A DNA stretch of 64,000 bases from contig JAXLZN010000001.1 in NCBI GenBank assembly GCA_046350905.1, positions 1,220 to 65,219 of the forward strand, in the 5' to 3' direction. This stretch comes from Candidatus Anderseniibacteriota bacterium. Its GTDB lineage: Bacteria; Patescibacteriota; JAUYIX01. Both the position numbers and the translations under genes were made by a program. This document shows positions 39,797 through 48,378 of this stretch, one piece after another. The stretch's first letter is position 1. Each line of letters starts with the position of its first letter. The notes under the pieces are model-generated. The model was not told the origin of the DNA, searched no databases, and saw only the letters and a list, made by a program, of their open reading frames with translations.

Positions 39797-41106
39797 TCAG
39801 TTTTTCAAGCCCAGGGCGTTGAGCACCTGCAGCAGGCGCACTGGTTCGCTGCGGGGAGTACGGCCGAGGCGGTAGAGCTGCATGAGCCCCAGGTTGGCGA
39901 GCACGAGGAGCGCGCAGAGCACGACGAGCACCCAGCGCTGCCAGCGGCGGCGGGCTGCCACGAGCAGCAGCGCTAGCCCGAGAGCGAGCACGCTGGCCAC
40001 GTCGGTGAACCGCCGCGCTCCAAAGGCGTCGCCGCCCCACCACTCGAGCGCGGCCCCGTTGATGTAGGTCTGGGTGAGGAGGATGGCCAGGGCGTAGAGC
40101 GCGGCGGTCCAGCGCGACTTGGTTGCGCGCGCGGCGGCGACGAGCAACCCGACCAGCGCGATGAGCGCGAGGGGCGTCCAGGTCAGGAGGCCGTGGCGGT
40201 TGGACCCGAGCACCTCAAAAAAGTGCGGGCTGCGCCAGTCCAAAAACCCCGTCCCCTGCGGCACGATCAGCCAGCTGCCGTAGAGCAGCTTCCAGCCGAT
40301 CAGCTGCGGGGCCACCCCGACGAGGGTGCCGAGCGCGACCAGCCCCACGTTGCGCCAGGCCAGGAGCGAACGTTGCTGTACCAGCGCCGCGAGCACGTCG
40401 ATGCCCGGCACGATCAGTCCGACGGCGAGCAGCTGCCAGCGCACGCAGGCGGCGAGGCCCACGATCAGGCCGAGGACGAGCCAGTGCCACCAGTGCTCGC
40501 GGGCAGCTGCGAGCAGCGGGGTTCGCCAGCGCCACCAGAGGTAGAGCAGCAGCGCGACCGCAAAAAAACCCAGGCCGTGCGCCAGGCTCGACTCGATCGC
40601 GAGGTAGTAGACCAGGTTGGTGCCGAGCAGCGTGAGGACACCAGCTCCGGCAGCAACCCAGTCGGCATGAGCTGTGTTGGCGTCGCCACCCTGCTGGACC
40701 GCGGCGGGCGAACCCACGCCGTCGGCCAGCAGCCCGCGGGGACGCGCAGTCGGTCGCGAGGCTAGGAGCAGAAGCAGTTCGGCGTACGAAAAACCGGCGC
40801 CGACGCCGGGCCAGCCCGCGACCCAGTGCACCCAGGCAGCCAGACCGGCGCCCAGAGCAAGGCCGGGCCGACAGAAAATAGGTTCGGCGTCAGACCAGCC
40901 GGCGTCGTGACACCTGAGTCGAGCTGCTGGGCGACGTAGGGGTTGCGCGCGGAAGTGTTCGAGAGCTGGTAGCGAGCCAGGACCTCGGGTTCGCCACTGT
41001 AGCCGAGCTGCTCGTTGAGCCGGGCGACCAGCTCGGTGTGCTCGTGCGAACCCTCGAGCGCGGGGTCGGGTTTGTAAACGACGGGGACACGTTCCAGCAG
41101 CCTCAT
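39797..41106 (-). pseudogene. polytopic membrane protein, GT-C/PMT_2 (ArnT-like) glycosyltransferase candidate, frame break near 40840
   Basis: ORF 40762..41106 (MRLLERVPVVYKPD..NLFSVGPALLWAPVWL) joins ORF 39797..41161 at ..AAWVHWVAGWPG.. Ten or more TM helices follow. The assignment rests on architecture only. Confidence 0.4.
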
Positions 41107-41161
41107 GGCAACCTCCTTGGACGGTCGCCGAGATGCTAGCCGTGGTGCGCCCCGAGGGCAA

Positions 41162-42250
41162 CTAGCTGACCGTCGCGCCGACGGGCTGGATCACGAGGCC
41201 GGCGGTGGAGAGCTCGGGCTGCTCGTTGGAGAGCTGCGGGAGTTCGCCGGCGAGGAGGCGCCGGTACGTGGCGATGGTGCGCTCGCGGAACCAGGTGCGG
41301 CGGTCCTGCTCGTGGAACTTGAGCACGCTGTCGCTGATCACGATGTGCTGGGTCGGGGTGCGCAGCTCGGTCGGAGCAGTTTTTTGCATGCGGTGGAGCT
41401 GGCGGGTGCGGAGGCGAACCTCGAGTCGGTCGCCACGCGGGCCGCCGAGGATTTTTTCTGCGAGCAGGCGGAGCGGCTGGGTCGTGCTGTCGACTGCGGC
41501 GGGAACACGTCGACGGTCAGATGGACGCTGCGGCGCTAGGTTGGGCATGAGCGCCTGGGTCCAGGGGTTGGCGAGCGCCAGCGCGTGGCCGAGCGACCAG
41601 CCGCGCCGCTCCCAGACCGGGCCGAGGCTGGCAATCCAGTGGGCCAGGTACGGATCGTCGCCTGCGAGTGCCAGCGGCTGCAGGTTGAGTGCGTCGTCAG
41701 CCAGGTAGAAGGAGAGGCACATGCGGTTGGCGACGTGGCTCTTGCGCCGAAACCGCCCGAACCCAAACACCACGCCGGTCACGAGCATTCGCGCGGTCCA
41801 CATGCGGCCGGGCTGCACGGTGATGAGTAGGTCGACGTCGGAGGTCGGCTTGGCTACGCCCATCGAGACCGTATTGGCGACCGAGATCGAGGTGACAAAG
41901 GGCACCAGCGAGAGCAGCGCCGCGGTGCTACGCGCGCGACGCCACTTGAACTCGCTCACCTTGCCGCGCTGGATGCGCTGCTCGATGTGCTCGAGGTTGC
42001 GCAGCGAGAGGTGACCGCGGTCGCGGTGCGTGACGGTCTTGAGCAGCGGATCGGTTTGCAGCAGCCGGTAGACCTCGCCGTAGCTGGCCTGCCACTTGGG
42101 GAGGCAGCGCCAGACTTCGTAGGCGGTCGGGGCGATGCCCAGCGCGTCGAGGTACGAGAGCGACAGGAGGATGGCCTGCTGCAGGCAGACAGGGCGCGGG
42201 AGCAGGCTGAGCTCAGCCTCGGAGGGGAAGTTCTGGACGTCCTGGTTCAC
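41162..42250 (-). CDS. nucleotidyltransferase-fold (Pol-beta-like) protein
   Basis: GVAKPTSDVDLLITV matches the G[SG]..SD[IV]DL NTase motif. GTG start at 42250. Confidence 0.5.
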   Translation of the reverse strand: MNQDVQNFPSEAELSLLPRPVCLQQAILLSLSYLDALGIAPTAYEVWRCLPKWQASYGEVYRLLQTDPLLKTVTHRDRGHLSLRNLEHIEQRIQRGKVSEFKWRRARSTAALLSLVPFVTSISVANTVSMGVAKPTSDVDLLITVQPGRMWTARMLVTGVVFGFGRFRRKSHVANRMCLSFYLADDALNLQPLALAGDDPYLAHWIASLGPVWERRGWSLGHALALANPWTQALMPNLAPQRPSDRRRVPAAVDSTTQPLRLLAEKILGGPRGDRLEVRLRTRQLHRMQKTAPTELRTPTQHIVISDSVLKFHEQDRRTWFRERTIATYRRLLAGELPQLSNEQPELSTAGLVIQPVGATVS

Positions 42251-42259
42251 CCAGACAGT

Positions 42260-42790
42260 CTAGCGCAGAAGCTCGGCCACGAGCCGCCGATCAACGGCTG
42301 TCCCCGGCAAGAGCCGCTGAATCCCCCGCGCGAGGTCCGGAAAGCTACCGGCGCCAATAAAGCGCCCAGCGATGTTGCCAGCCGCATCGATCAAGATGGT
42401 CGTGGGCCAAAAGCGAACCTCAAAGCGGTGGTAGTTCTCGTAGTCGTTGTCGACCGCGACCGGCGGTGATGCGAGTCCGTACCGCTCGAGCTACGTTGGC
42501 AACGTCTGACAAACAGAACTCGGGCGTGTGCACCCCAATGAGCTGAAAGGCTGCGCTTTTGTAGGCGCGCTGGAGCACGGAGGTGCGCTCAGGAGGGACT
42601 GGCTGTGGTGGTCGGCAAAGGACCAGGTTGATGACGCGACCTTGCCCGAGGAGGTCGCCGTCCGATCGTGCGCGTTCGATCCACTCGGAGGCTTCGAGGT
42701 TGGGCGCCCTGACGATGGGATCGTCCTGGCTCGCAGCTCCGGTCGGAGCAGGCTCAGTTGGCTGCGCAAACGTGCTCAAACAGGAAATTA
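42260..42790 (-). pseudogene. thioredoxin-fold redoxin (TlpA/DipZ C-terminal-like) remnant
   Basis: FQLIGVHTPEF..DVANVARAVR, then (shifted near 42470) PVAVDNDYENYHRFEVRFWPTTILIDAAGNIAGRFIGA. The CxxC region is degenerate (LVLCRPPQP). The lipobox-like LISC has no hydrophobic signal upstream. Confidence 0.5.
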
Positions 42791-42942
42791 GGCGACTGCC
42801 ATCCTTTGTATTCCGCGCCTTTGTTTCCTTTTTGACGGACGTTATTCGAACCTTTGCCCCTAGTCTAGCGGATTCGGCGCGCTGGCGCTCATCTAACATC
42901 AGCAGATGATTTGCAGGAGAACAGCCACATAAGTCTGACCAA

Positions 42943-43276
42943 ATGATGGTTTTAGCGGTAATTGGTGTTAGTCTGCTCAGCTTACTGGGCGACTTTGCCT
43001 AATAAGGCCGGGGAAAGTCAGAAATTTATGGATGCCCGCTGGTTCGCAGGTGGAGTTACTTTCTACCTTCTCACTGCAGTGGCGTGGTTTGTGGTCATGA
43101 AGTTCGTAAAGCTGAGCACTATCGGATTAGTGTATTCGACCTCAACTATTCTCTTTCTGACCCTCATCGGCTTCGTTTTCTTCAAAGAACGTCTCAACAC
43201 AGTTGAGGTCATGGGGTTCATTCTCGGCGTAATCGCGATATTTCTCCTAGGCCGTTTTGCGCACGCCTGGCAGTAG
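42943..43276 (+). CDS. SMR/ArnE-like 4-TM small membrane protein (1-nt frame break near 43000)
   Basis: MMVLAVIGVSLLSLLGDFA stops at TAATAA. The next frame continues NKAGESQKF..VKLSTIGLVYSTSTILFLTLIGFVFFKERL..GFILGVIAIFLLG (ORF 42962..43276). Confidence 0.5.
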
Positions 43277-43321
43277 TTACTGATCGCACCCACGTTTGGT
43301 CGACCAATCAGTCTGCCTTTG

Positions 43322-43699
43322 TTAGCTTATTAACTCTATACATTTCGAGACCAATTCTTTCGGCATGTTCTTTGTCTTCTCGAAAAAAGCAATGGCGCCG
43401 AGCTTCCTGGACTCTTCTAACTTGGCCGCTGAAGAAATGTTTGTGAGCATGACTACGGGAATGTCCTTTGTAGATTCATTTTGCTTAAGTTTTTTTAGAA
43501 CTTGTAAGCCGTCCATACCTTCCATCAGAACATCAAGTAAAATCAGGTCGGGATGCCACCTCACCGCACTTGACAGTCCATCCAAGCCGTTAGTTTCAGT
43601 CATTACCTCAAAGCCCTCAAGCTCAAATGGCAGTTTGTACAACAAGGCTTGGTCGTCATCATCTTCAACTAGTAAGATCTTTTTTTCAGTGTTGTTCAT
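43322..43699 (-). CDS. receiver-only response regulator (CheY-like)
   Basis: ILLVEDDDD, phospho-acceptor LILLDVLM, VVMLTN, and a conserved Lys. There is no output domain. Confidence 0.85.
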   Translation of the reverse strand: MNNTEKKILLVEDDDDQALLYKLPFELEGFEVMTETNGLDGLSSAVRWHPDLILLDVLMEGMDGLQVLKKLKQNESTKDIPVVMLTNISSAAKLEESRKLGAIAFFEKTKNMPKELVSKCIELIS

Positions 43700-45249
43700 T
43701 TTCTTTCTGCCTTTGAAAATTCCAACGTAAATGTTGTCCCTTTGTTCTCACCTTCTGATACAAAGCGAATAGAGCCCCCCGGATGCGATTCAATAATTTT
43801 CTTCACTATAAACAGGCCAAGTCCGGAGCCATCTGCGTAAGCCTTAATTGCATTTGATGCGCGTTTGAACTTCTCAAATATTCTTGGCTGTTCAGCAATT
43901 GGAATTCCAATGCCGGTGTCTGAAACTGTCAGTACTGCTTTATCGTTCGTCTCGCGCAGACCTATTCGTACAAACCCCTCATTGGTGTATTTTATTGCGT
44001 TGTCGATGACGTTAGAAATCGCGTGCTCCAGATAATGCGACGAAGCAAGGATGGTAATGGGGGCACCAATATCGATGCCCTGGTATTCCAGTTTTATTTT
44101 CTTTGCTGCAGCCTTCTCTTGTAGATCGTCGCAGATACTTTTTGTTATGGCCCTCAAGTTAATTGGCAGAAGGTCACCTTGAGCCAGTTTGAATGCCACA
44201 ATATCCATTTCTGAAGCTGTAAGGATGTCGTTAACTATGTTGGTCAGTTTTTTCGATTTGTGGAAAAGTCCAGACATCATCATTTTCTTCTTCTCTGCCG
44301 GGATTTTGTCTAAGTCCCCTTCCTCAAGCATTGAGAGCGTACCCGTAATCAACGAAACAGGTGTGCGAAGTTGGTGCGACGCCACGTACAAAAACTCAGA
44401 GCGAGCTTTGATGAGCTCTTCAATTTCTTGACTCTGCGCAATCTCCTTTCTCAGAGCACGAACTATGAAAACAATTAGGAGTGTTATTAGGGCTAAAATA
44501 ACTAGGACCAAAAATCCGATAAACGCGAGAAACGGGTATAGAGTTTGACGCGTAATACTAAAAAAATCGTTTGCTTTTACATCTGTGCCTAGAATTGCAA
44601 CGGTGTTCCCGTTCTCATCTATTATTGGAGCGTATCCAGTCAGAACCGTTCCGTAGTCATCGGTATACAGGTCCTTATTTGTTAGCGGACCGCTGTAAGC
44701 ACTAAACGCCTCTGGAATGTCAGAGGCTTCTGGATAGCCCTGCCCTGGCCACTGAAGTTTATCAGGGCCATCTGGTTCCACCTTGCCGTCGCGATTCACA
44801 TCAACGTATCTGGATGGGTCGTCGCTGGTATTGGCAAACGGGTCAATGGAATCGGCATCCGCCACAAACTCCATTTGAGTTGGGTCGATGCTCGTCTTCC
44901 TAAAGATATACATAAAGACAACGTCTTGGTTGGAATACTTGGCGCGATGCAAGCTATTGACTACCCGTGCCCATTCCGGCTTTTGCCAGTCCTCTTGTAC
45001 GTTAAGCGCGCTCAGGTCTTTCGGATCAATATTTGCTGCTTCGGTAATTGAGATACTGAGCAAGCGCTCTCGAAGGTTATCCTGCAGCAGGACAACGGTT
45101 CGTTGATAAAGGATCCCCGAAGCAAGAATGGCGACAGCAATACTAGTCAGTGCGATAGAGGCACCAATAAATACCAGCTGCCTAGTTTTCCTAGTTTTTA
45201 TTTTTTTGTCCATGTTGCGAGACATCAAGTAAACGATAGACTCTTTCAC
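43696..45249 (-). CDS. sensor histidine kinase with extracytoplasmic Cache-like domain
   Basis: Two TM helices flank a PDC/Cache-like domain (DDYGTVLTGYAPIIDENGNTVAILGTDV). H-box ASHQLRTPV, N-box IDNAIKYT, G1 SDTGIGI, G2 GSGLGL. Confidence 0.85.
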   Translation of the reverse strand: MKESIVYLMSRNMDKKIKTRKTRQLVFIGASIALTSIAVAILASGILYQRTVVLLQDNLRERLLSISITEAANIDPKDLSALNVQEDWQKPEWARVVNSLHRAKYSNQDVVFMYIFRKTSIDPTQMEFVADADSIDPFANTSDDPSRYVDVNRDGKVEPDGPDKLQWPGQGYPEASDIPEAFSAYSGPLTNKDLYTDDYGTVLTGYAPIIDENGNTVAILGTDVKANDFFSITRQTLYPFLAFIGFLVLVILALITLLIVFIVRALRKEIAQSQEIEELIKARSEFLYVASHQLRTPVSLITGTLSMLEEGDLDKIPAEKKKMMMSGLFHKSKKLTNIVNDILTASEMDIVAFKLAQGDLLPINLRAITKSICDDLQEKAAAKKIKLEYQGIDIGAPITILASSHYLEHAISNVIDNAIKYTNEGFVRIGLRETNDKAVLTVSDTGIGIPIAEQPRIFEKFKRASNAIKAYADGSGLGLFIVKKIIESHPGGSIRFVSEGENKGTTFTLEFSKAERK

Positions 45250-47047
45250 CTTCTATATCCATCAGAAATGGTGCGAGTGGAGGTCCTGACTCTCTACCCA
45301 ACAACAACTGATACACATTCTTAAAAAAGCGAGCCTGGCGCGCGCTATTTTGCGTTTTTGTCGCATTTGGCAACTTAGGAATTTGATAAAGCAATGAACG
45401 GAACCGGTCGGCAGATAACGAAGACCTGCGGTGAATCATGTTTCTTAGCAATCTAAGATGCTGAATATCATCAGGCTGCAGTAAGGGAAACAATTCCACA
45501 TTAGGACGATCAAGAACGAAGTAAAGCTTGTTTTTTCTTACCTCGAGATACCTAGCGTTGTCTGTGTTACTAATAGAATGAAGATCGAGATATGCGACGT
45601 CATCAGGGCGTGCAACTTGTGTTCCTATAGATTTCTGTGATCTTATCTTAAGCAATCTTGACACGTCTTTAACTCTGATTTTTCCCGATACCCTCGGCGG
45701 TACCGATCCCTGATGTCTTTTGCGGTGAGCAAGAAATGGTTTCACAATCCATTCGAAGATATCGCGCTGTGGCAATGTGGGCTCCGCTTTTGTTTTCCCG
45801 TTGATGCTGATACTAGAAGCTCCGTAGCCACTACCTCCATAGGGCTTTGTGCCTCGCTCCACACCAGGCGCATGTAAATGCGTATTGTGAAGTAGGGATG
45901 ATCTTGGGTGAAGCACCCGCCCCTTTATTTTTTTTCCAATCATTTTTTGAACGTAGATACTTGTTCCATAGAGTGTTACGTACATGGCATGCTGGGCGTA
46001 TCGGCTATCTTCAAAATAATGATCGAGATCACTATCTCTTCCATACTCTTGAACAAAAACAATCGGTGCAAAAATTTCATTGTAATTGCCCCCCTTGAGT
46101 AGGGGTTTGCAGACAATCGTCGGTTCGACAACGGCATCACTTGCCCTGATTATTCCTGGCGTAGACAGGTCAAGCCATTTTCGATTCTCTACCAGAAAAT
46201 TCTGAATCCTAACGAGATCTTTTGGATCGCCAATGGGGCCGACTCTGCTTTGCTTAGAGGAGTAACTGCCGACATCGAGGCTTGCAACATGGCTCCGAAG
46301 GATGGACAAGAATTTTCTCATGACGCTTTTGTGAACGAGGATTGCATTTGGCGCGGCACAATCTTGCCCTTGATTGTAGAACTGCAATGTGACGACCGCC
46401 TCAACAGCCTTGAGAAGGTCAGCATCTCGCGCTACAACCAGGGGATTATGACCAGCTCCGTTTGCGATGAAAAGTGTATGCTTATCAAATACTGCTCTTA
46501 GCTGGTCAGCATGAGTGGGTGTGCCTGTGAAAATCACTACGTCCGTTACGGGGCTTTTTTCGTCTGTTTGGGAGTTGATCAGAAGCGCTGATCTTTCCTC
46601 GAGAAACTCAACTCTGGAGGACTTAGAGACGATTACGTTTGGAAAAAATTTAGGTACGTCAAGGAGAGCAAGCATGTCATCAAAGAAATGTCTCATGGTA
46701 TGAGGTATACGAAAATACACCTTACTCGCCATCAGAGAAGGCACGAGCACAAAACAAGTTAGTGCATACAAGGGTTGGTTTCTGGGAAGGAACGAGGCGA
46801 TAGTTCCAACCCTTAACTGAAAGAAGTTTCCGTTCTCCTTTAGGTTTCTCAACAGATCGAGAGTCCGAGCCGTTTCATCCTTGATCACCTCGTAACTTTC
46901 GTAACTAGACAGAATTGGAGCTAATTTGCCAAAACGAGACTCGATGATGTCGGCAAAGGATCGTGCAAGTCGTTCAATCGCTGCGAAGTCAAGCGGGGTA
47001 TATGGAACAGGGTTCTTTTTCACAATTATCTTTTTTGTCTTCTTCAT
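45191..47047 (-). CDS. atypical aldehyde-dehydrogenase-superfamily protein fused to a ~170-aa C-terminal extension
   Basis: The ALDH Cys motif FYNQGQDCAAPNAILV and NEIFAPIVFV are present. The ELGG general-base motif is replaced by IANGAGHNP. The C-terminal tail contains FFKNVYQLLLGRESGPPLAPFL. Confidence 0.7.
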   Translation of the reverse strand: MKKTKKIIVKKNPVPYTPLDFAAIERLARSFADIIESRFGKLAPILSSYESYEVIKDETARTLDLLRNLKENGNFFQLRVGTIASFLPRNQPLYALTCFVLVPSLMASKVYFRIPHTMRHFFDDMLALLDVPKFFPNVIVSKSSRVEFLEERSALLINSQTDEKSPVTDVVIFTGTPTHADQLRAVFDKHTLFIANGAGHNPLVVARDADLLKAVEAVVTLQFYNQGQDCAAPNAILVHKSVMRKFLSILRSHVASLDVGSYSSKQSRVGPIGDPKDLVRIQNFLVENRKWLDLSTPGIIRASDAVVEPTIVCKPLLKGGNYNEIFAPIVFVQEYGRDSDLDHYFEDSRYAQHAMYVTLYGTSIYVQKMIGKKIKGRVLHPRSSLLHNTHLHAPGVERGTKPYGGSGYGASSISINGKTKAEPTLPQRDIFEWIVKPFLAHRKRHQGSVPPRVSGKIRVKDVSRLLKIRSQKSIGTQVARPDDVAYLDLHSISNTDNARYLEVRKNKLYFVLDRPNVELFPLLQPDDIQHLRLLRNMIHRRSSLSADRFRSLLYQIPKLPNATKTQNSARQARFFKNVYQLLLGRESGPPLAPFLMDIEGERVYRLLDVSQHGQKNKN

Positions 47048-47385
47048 TTACGTATTTGCATGAAAACAATACCTGCAAGAGCCAAACCCATGCCAAAAAG
47101 TTGGTACATGGAAAAGTTGCCCCATTCATGAAAGAAAAAAAGGCCAACCAGGATAGTGGTTGATGTTAGTAGAACGTCGACGGTAGCTGAGGCTGCGGAC
47201 AACCCCAATTTCTCAGCAACTAAGCCGAAAGAAATAAACACCAGGGGGGAAACGACTACGATGACAAGAAGCCAAGGGGAAACAAACTTGTTTACTTTGC
47301 TGGCCCAAACGGCACTTACTGAATTCGCGATCAGCGCCGTAAGAACGGCTACCGCAATGTAGAACAAGGTAGGTAAGCGGGGCAC
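47044..47385 (-). CDS. SMR/DMT-like 4-TM small membrane protein
   Basis: 113 aa with four hydrophobic helices. ATGA overlaps the ALDH-like gene start. No EmrE-type TM1 Glu. Confidence 0.5.
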   Translation of the reverse strand: MPRLPTLFYIAVAVLTALIANSVSAVWASKVNKFVSPWLLVIVVVSPLVFISFGLVAEKLGLSAASATVDVLLTSTTILVGLFFFHEWGNFSMYQLFGMGLALAGIVFMQIRK

Positions 47386-47391
47386 GAAGCT

Positions 47392-47400
47392 ACTGTATCA
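47392..47400 (-). promoter_or_regulatory. extended -10 TGATACAGT; predicts a leaderless operon transcript
   Basis: The minus strand TGATACAGT ends 6 nt before GTG 47385. Confidence 0.3.
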
Positions 47401-47552
47401 CGACGTTTGATCGCTTTAGTTGCCCTTGGGAAAGTTACTTCCTTGCTCTTTCGCTTTGGACTGCTGTAATAAGTGTTGCTCGAATAGGACCTCGATGGCG
47501 AGGTACTTGCGCCACATTTTCTTAAGGTTTAGGGTTGTAGACTTTAAGCGAT

Positions 47553-48365
47553 GTGAATACCTTGATCCCAGTTGGCGTAGAAACCCCAGGGCAGGCTGCT
47601 GCTGGGGTCGTCCTTTGCTTTGCCTTTCTTCTTGTCGGGGCCTGGCTCTTGGTGCGAAACAGGAAGGCTCCTCGCTATCCCCTAGTAGCTGCAGCCCTAC
47701 TTTGTCTTTCGGTTTCCTTCTGGGTGGCCTCTTCGGTTGCAGCGGGCAGACTCGAGGCACCATTTCAACTCTACGTATCCCTCCTCTTGTCGTACATTTT
47801 GGTCTATCCCGCCCTAATGTCTTTTTTGTGGTTTTGCGAACGTTTTCCGTCATCGCCCTCTGGTAGGGACAGTATTTCTAGTACATTGGCCACTACGGCG
47901 ACTGTCGTTGCGGTAGTGGGCTCCGCCCTCGTCTTGCTACCAGCTACGTCTCCAGACAGGTTTGACGTGACAAGACAGATGGTCTTTACAGTCGGAGCTG
48001 GATACACGTACTGGTTACAGATCATTCTGACGAGCATTGTTTTTGTGAGCGGGGTGCTTATTTGCATACGCAAAATGCAAGCCGTGCGTCCGCACGATAG
48101 AGCTGCTTTACGCACTATACTGATCGGAATCAGTTCAAGTTTTTTCCTTGGAGCTATTTTTTCAATCCTCGCGAACCTCAACCCGCAAGTTTCTGCATTC
48201 AGCAGCGTAGAAACTCCCTCAATTCTTTTCTTGTCAGCGCTGGTGTACGCGCTCGTGCACCACGGGATTGCGGGACAGTCGCGTTCTATTTCAACCCGAG
48301 TCGTTGTTGTTTCTGTAGTGGTGTTAGTCGCAACATCGATCATTTTGCTGACGGTACAGGTATGA
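47553..48365 (+). CDS. stand-alone multi-TM sensor-like membrane protein
   Basis: About 8 TM helices. IRKMQAVRPHDRAALRTILIGISSSF parallels LGKMRHGNPNDRRAVVLIVTSFAAV in the N-terminal domain of the next kinase. Confidence 0.5.
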   Translation: MNTLIPVGVETPGQAAAGVVLCFAFLLVGAWLLVRNRKAPRYPLVAAALLCLSVSFWVASSVAAGRLEAPFQLYVSLLLSYILVYPALMSFLWFCERFPSSPSGRDSISSTLATTATVVAVVGSALVLLPATSPDRFDVTRQMVFTVGAGYTYWLQIILTSIVFVSGVLICIRKMQAVRPHDRAALRTILIGISSSFFLGAIFSILANLNPQVSAFSSVETPSILFLSALVYALVHHGIAGQSRSISTRVVVVSVVVLVATSIILLTVQV

Positions 48366-48378
48366 ACTCGAGCGCCCA

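Noticed and set aside
43296-43307. Perfect 12-nt palindrome TTGGTCGACCAA between the convergent SMR-like and response-regulator genes, as a terminator or operator.
   Set aside because: It has no loop and no T-run, so it is a poor terminator. It is too short and unique to call a binding site.
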